Assembly: GCF_001548115.1 (NCBI RefSeq)
Contig: NZ_AP014821.1
Coordinates: 1,707,262 to 1,739,261, forward strand
Reading direction: 5' to 3'
DNA length: 32,000 nt
Source: Geminocystis sp. NIES-3709
GTDB taxonomy: Bacteria; Cyanobacteriota; Cyanobacteriia; Cyanobacteriales; Cyanobacteriaceae
The stretch's first letter is position 1. Every line of letters begins with the position of its first letter. The notes beneath the pieces were generated by a model. The model was not told the DNA's origin and searched no databases. It was given only the letters and a program-made list of their open reading frames with translations. Made by a program: the position numbers and the translations under genes. This document shows, piece by piece, positions 28,895 through 32,000 of this stretch.

Positions 28895-29293
28895 ATGATG
28901 AAAATTTTTACCAATAATAGTACTATTACAATTTTAGTTATTGATGATAGTAAAGAGATTCAACAACTAATTAAAATGTCCTTAGAAATGATTAATCAAT
29001 GGCAAGTTATTAGTGCTAATTCTGGCTTACAGGGATTAAAAATAGCCATAGAAAAAGATGATTTAGATTTAATTTTATTAGATTATTTAATGCCCCAAAA
29101 TAAAGGAGATGAAATCATCAAAAAGCTACAAGCAAATCCAAAAACTGCATCTATTCCCGTTATCTTTTTAACGGCACAATCAGATGAACAATTTCACTGG
29201 AAAAAATTAGGAGCAAAAGGTATTATCTATAAGCCTTTTAACCCTATCAATTTAGGCGATTTAATCCGAGATATTTTAGAATGTCGAATGTAA
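28895..29293 (+). CDS. Single-domain (CheY-like) response regulator
   Basis: Receiver motifs are VIDDS, ILLDYLMP, FLTAQ and YKPF. It starts 13 nt after the preceding gene, so co-transcription is likely. An alternative ATG lies at 28898. Confidence 0.9.
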   Translation: MMKIFTNNSTITILVIDDSKEIQQLIKMSLEMINQWQVISANSGLQGLKIAIEKDDLDLILLDYLMPQNKGDEIIKKLQANPKTASIPVIFLTAQSDEQFHWKKLGAKGIIYKPFNPINLGDLIRDILECRM

Positions 29294-29502
29294 AATTCAT
29301 ACAATATTCAATCTCTGTTTAATATAAAAAAACACATAATAAAATTTAATTTATTAACGATAGTATGTCTGAATGATTTGTAAATTAATTAAATTATTAA
29401 AAAAAACTCTTATAAAATTTAGTAACTGAAACTTATCAACATTTTTTTTTCATCAATGATTTAAGGTTATTATATTTCAATCAATAATCTTTTTCTCACA
29501 TT

Positions 29503-30216
29503 ATGCTTGAAAAACGATCGCAACCATATCAACCATTACTACTAAGAATTATTCATAATTTTCAGGGGATATTTGTCATTTTGGCAATGATAACCGCTTT
29601 TTGGACATACAACACTTATGATGGACGATGGGGTAAAATATTATGGCTTTCTGATTGGCAAGAAATAGAGGGAATTCATGGAACTTTTGGCTTATTTGCA
29701 ATGTTAATATTACCCTTTTTTGTTATCTATGTGTTTCATTTTGGAAATAAAAAACTTATTCAAAGTAATAGTATTAGTCAACTAAAATTAATTAATAAGC
29801 CTATTTGGTGGTATTCTCTTCATCGCATCACTAATACATTTATAATTTTTGCTTTAACATTTTCAGTATTTACAGGAAAAATGATGGATGAAAAATGGTT
29901 GCCAAAAAGAGAATTAAATCATTTTTGGTACTATTTACATTTAATATCTCTTATTATCATAACTTTAGCCGTTGGGTTACATTTACTTATGAGTATAAAA
30001 ATCGGAGGCTATCCTCTACTGCTATCAATGATTGAATCTCAGATTAGAGAAAAAGATAGCTGGAAATCATACCGAAAAAAGATTGAGGATTACCAAAAAA
30101 ATTGGCTAACATATATAAAAAAAGAGTGGCTAACCTTACCTACTCTTTTTCAAATACTAGAACTAATAATATTATTAATAATTATTACAGCTTGGGTTAT
30201 TTCATTATTAAAATAA
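29503..30216 (+). CDS. Cytochrome b561-like (bacterial cytochrome b, Ni/Fe-hydrogenase CytB-type) membrane protein with a C-terminal extension
   Basis: Four TM helices each carry a His: LLRIIHNF, GIHGTFG, LHRITN and YYLHLISL...GLHLL. A charged segment and a fifth TM helix follow. The family call comes from the His/TM pattern only. Confidence 0.5.
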   Translation: MLEKRSQPYQPLLLRIIHNFQGIFVILAMITAFWTYNTYDGRWGKILWLSDWQEIEGIHGTFGLFAMLILPFFVIYVFHFGNKKLIQSNSISQLKLINKPIWWYSLHRITNTFIIFALTFSVFTGKMMDEKWLPKRELNHFWYYLHLISLIIITLAVGLHLLMSIKIGGYPLLLSMIESQIREKDSWKSYRKKIEDYQKNWLTYIKKEWLTLPTLFQILELIILLIIITAWVISLLK

Positions 30217-30372
30217 TACATATTTTCTTAAGTTAAATTTTTTCTCAAGTTTCGATCGAAATATGATTAATTTTACTTAATAAAGTATGTTCATCAGAAC
30301 TAAAAAGTATGAAAAAAAATTTTTTAAACTCCCCTTTAATTTTGTCAAAAACTTATTACTTATTCTTCCAAA

Positions 30373-32000
30373 TTATTCTTTACCTTTATCAAAAGCAATG
30401 GAATATACTGGGGTTGAATTACTTTGAGCCATTTCTGTATAAGATTGACGAACTTCCACATTAACTGCTACGGTTTTCGCATCATAAAGTTGAGTAGCTA
30501 ATTTTGGATACAACCCAACAGTGATAATCAATGCGAGAAAACAAGCGGCAATGAATACCTCTCGTGGTTTTGCATCTTCGTAAACGGCTTCACCCGGTAA
30601 GACACAGTTAGTACCAAAACATACAGCAGGATCATTATCGAAATTTTCTTTTTCTTCAGTATCCCCAATAATACACATTTGAACTTTATCTGTGCCGTAG
30701 AATAATTGTCTTAGCATCGATAATAGATAAATAGGGGTTACAATCAAACCCACGGCGCTTAAAATTACTCCCACTGTGCGAAACGTTGAATCATAAACAT
30801 CACTATTACTAAAACCCACAAATACTGCTAATTCACTGACAAAACCACTCATACCGGGTAAAGCTAAAGAAGCCATGGCACCGGCTGTAAATAACGCAAA
30901 TACTTTGGGCATTGCTTTTCCTATATCTCCCATCTCATCTAAGAACATGGTATGAGTTCGATCGTACGTCACCCCCGCAAGGAAGAATAATAATGCGGCA
31001 ATTAAACCATGAGACAACATTTGCAACATTGCACCACTTATACCTAAATCAGTAAAAGAAGCGATGCCGATTAATACAAAACCCATGTGAGACACCGAAG
31101 AATAAGCTAGACGGCGTTTCATGTTGGTTTGACCAAAAGAGGCAAAACCGCCGTAAACTATGTTCACAACCCCTAAAATCACGAGTAAGGGAGCAAAATA
31201 AACATGGGCTTCTGGTAATAAGCCTAAATTGAGCCTAATTAAGCCATAACCACCCATTTTCAATAAAACTCCTGCCAAAATCATGGATACAGGAGAGGAG
31301 GCTTCACCATGGGCATCAGGTAGCCATGTATGAAGGGGAAAAACTGCCAATTTGACACCAAAGGCGATTAATAAACCACCGTATAATAAAACTTCTAACC
31401 CGATAGGATATTCTTTTAATCCTAATGCCACCATATCGAAGGTGATTTCTCCACCGCCATATAATGCCATACCTAAACCAGCTATGAGGATAAAAATTGA
31501 GGCTAACGCTGTATAAAGTAAAAATTTTGTAGCGGCGTAACGTCTTTTTTGTCCACCCCAAATAGAAACTAATAAATATACGGGAACTAACTCTAATTCC
31601 CACATGATAAATAATAATAAAATATCTTGAGCAACAAATACACCAATTTGCGCTGAGTATAACAATAACATTAAAAAATAAAATAAACGGGGTTTTCGAT
31701 CGACTTGCCAAGCAGAAAACATTGATAAAGTAGTTACAAATCCTGCTAAAAGTACTAAAGGCATAGATAAACCATCCACTGACACAGCCCAACTCAAACC
31801 CAGTTGAGGAATCCATCTATATTGTTCAACAAGTTGTAAACTGGCGTTAGTTGTATCGTAGTGTTGCCAGAAAACATAACACATTAAAATAAAATCAGTT
31901 AATCCGACTCCTAAAGCATACCATCGAAGGGTTTTACCTTCTTTATCAGGCACGATGGGAATTGCCAGTGCGGCGATTAAGGGTAAGGCAATTATTGCGG
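30373..32000 (-). CDS. ndhD: NAD(P)H-quinone oxidoreductase (NDH-1) subunit 4, NdhD1/D2-type; N-terminus runs off the window
   Basis: The polytopic antiporter-like sequence includes [29 protein letters not shown] long C-terminal DAKPRE tail is typical of NdhD1/D2. The reading frame stays open upstream of the GTG at 31953 (..[22 protein letters not shown]) to the window edge. Confidence 0.92.
   Translation of the reverse strand, partial: AIIALPLIAALAIPIVPDKEGKTLRWYALGVGLTDFILMCYVFWQHYDTTNASLQLVEQYRWIPQLGLSWAVSVDGLSMPLVLLAGFVTTLSMFSAWQVDRKPRLFYFLMLLLYSAQIGVFVAQDILLLFIMWELELVPVYLLVSIWGGQKRRYAATKFLLYTALASIFILIAGLGMALYGGGEITFDMVALGLKEYPIGLEVLLYGGLLIAFGVKLAVFPLHTWLPDAHGEASSPVSMILAGVLLKMGGYGLIRLNLGLLPEAHVYFAPLLVILGVVNIVYGGFASFGQTNMKRRLAYSSVSHMGFVLIGIASFTDLGISGAMLQMLSHGLIAALLFFLAGVTYDRTHTMFLDEMGDIGKAMPKVFALFTAGAMASLALPGMSGFVSELAVFVGFSNSDVYDSTFRTVGVILSAVGLIVTPIYLLSMLRQLFYGTDKVQMCIIGDTEEKENFDNDPAVCFGTNCVLPGEAVYEDAKPREVFIAACFLALIITVGLYPKLATQLYDAKTVAVNVEVRQSYTEMAQSNSTPVYSIAFDKGKE

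Noticed and set aside
3899-31816. Eleven ORFs in the supplied track lie inside or antisense to stronger genes: 3899-4084(-), 6510-6782(+), 7320-7505(-), 7489-7695(-), 12392-12709(-), 14093-14284(-), 16453-16659(-), 19573-19782(-), 21623-21826(-), 23199-23558(+) and 31316-31816(-).
   Set aside because: Each overlaps a well-supported CDS on the opposite strand or in another frame. Their low-complexity or odd composition (many C, F, L, S, I) is typical of shadow ORFs in AT-rich DNA. None has a recognisable motif.
1-32000. tRNA, rRNA, tmRNA, RNase P RNA or a CRISPR array anywhere in the window.
   Set aside because: I saw no T-loop or acceptor-like GTTCRAATC motifs. There is no rRNA-like GC-rich block. 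No regularly spaced direct repeats of 25-40 bp are present. The only tandem repeats are 7-nt units.

Overview
The window looks like an AT-rich cyanobacterial chromosome segment. This is an inference from gene content (acsF, hemF, ndhD, menG, an hmpF-like gene, dnaN) and from heavy over-representation of the HIP1-core palindrome CGATCG. I could not run BLAST or HMM searches, so all family calls rest on motifs I recognise in the translations. About 30 real CDSs are mostly housekeeping: tetrapyrrole, riboflavin and quinone biosynthesis, NDH-1, the DNA polymerase III beta clamp, transporters and regulators. I saw no rRNA, tRNA or CRISPR array. Three regions stand out.

- **Signalling island (24.3-30.2 kb):** it is visibly more AT-rich than the rest. 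It encodes a histidine kinase whose N-terminal membrane domain closely resembles the plant ETR1 ethylene-binding domain. This kinase is divergently paired with an unusual 639-aa protein of architecture REC, OmpR-type winged helix, HPt-like, REC with Glu at the acceptor site, then REC. A CheY-like receiver and a cytochrome b561-like membrane protein follow, and an SDR oxidoreductase lies downstream of the kinase. This is my best candidate for an undescribed system.
- **Nested insertion sequences (22.3-24.2 kb):** they start directly after the dnaN stop codon. An intact 1293-bp IS4/IS701-like element with a 5-bp TATTA target duplication sits inside an internally deleted IS5-family element.
- **Two diverged paralogous ~72-aa ORFs (13.1 kb and 17.6 kb):** both have unknown function and both end in EKWD.

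Degenerate heptanucleotide tandem repeats occur at two gene boundaries.
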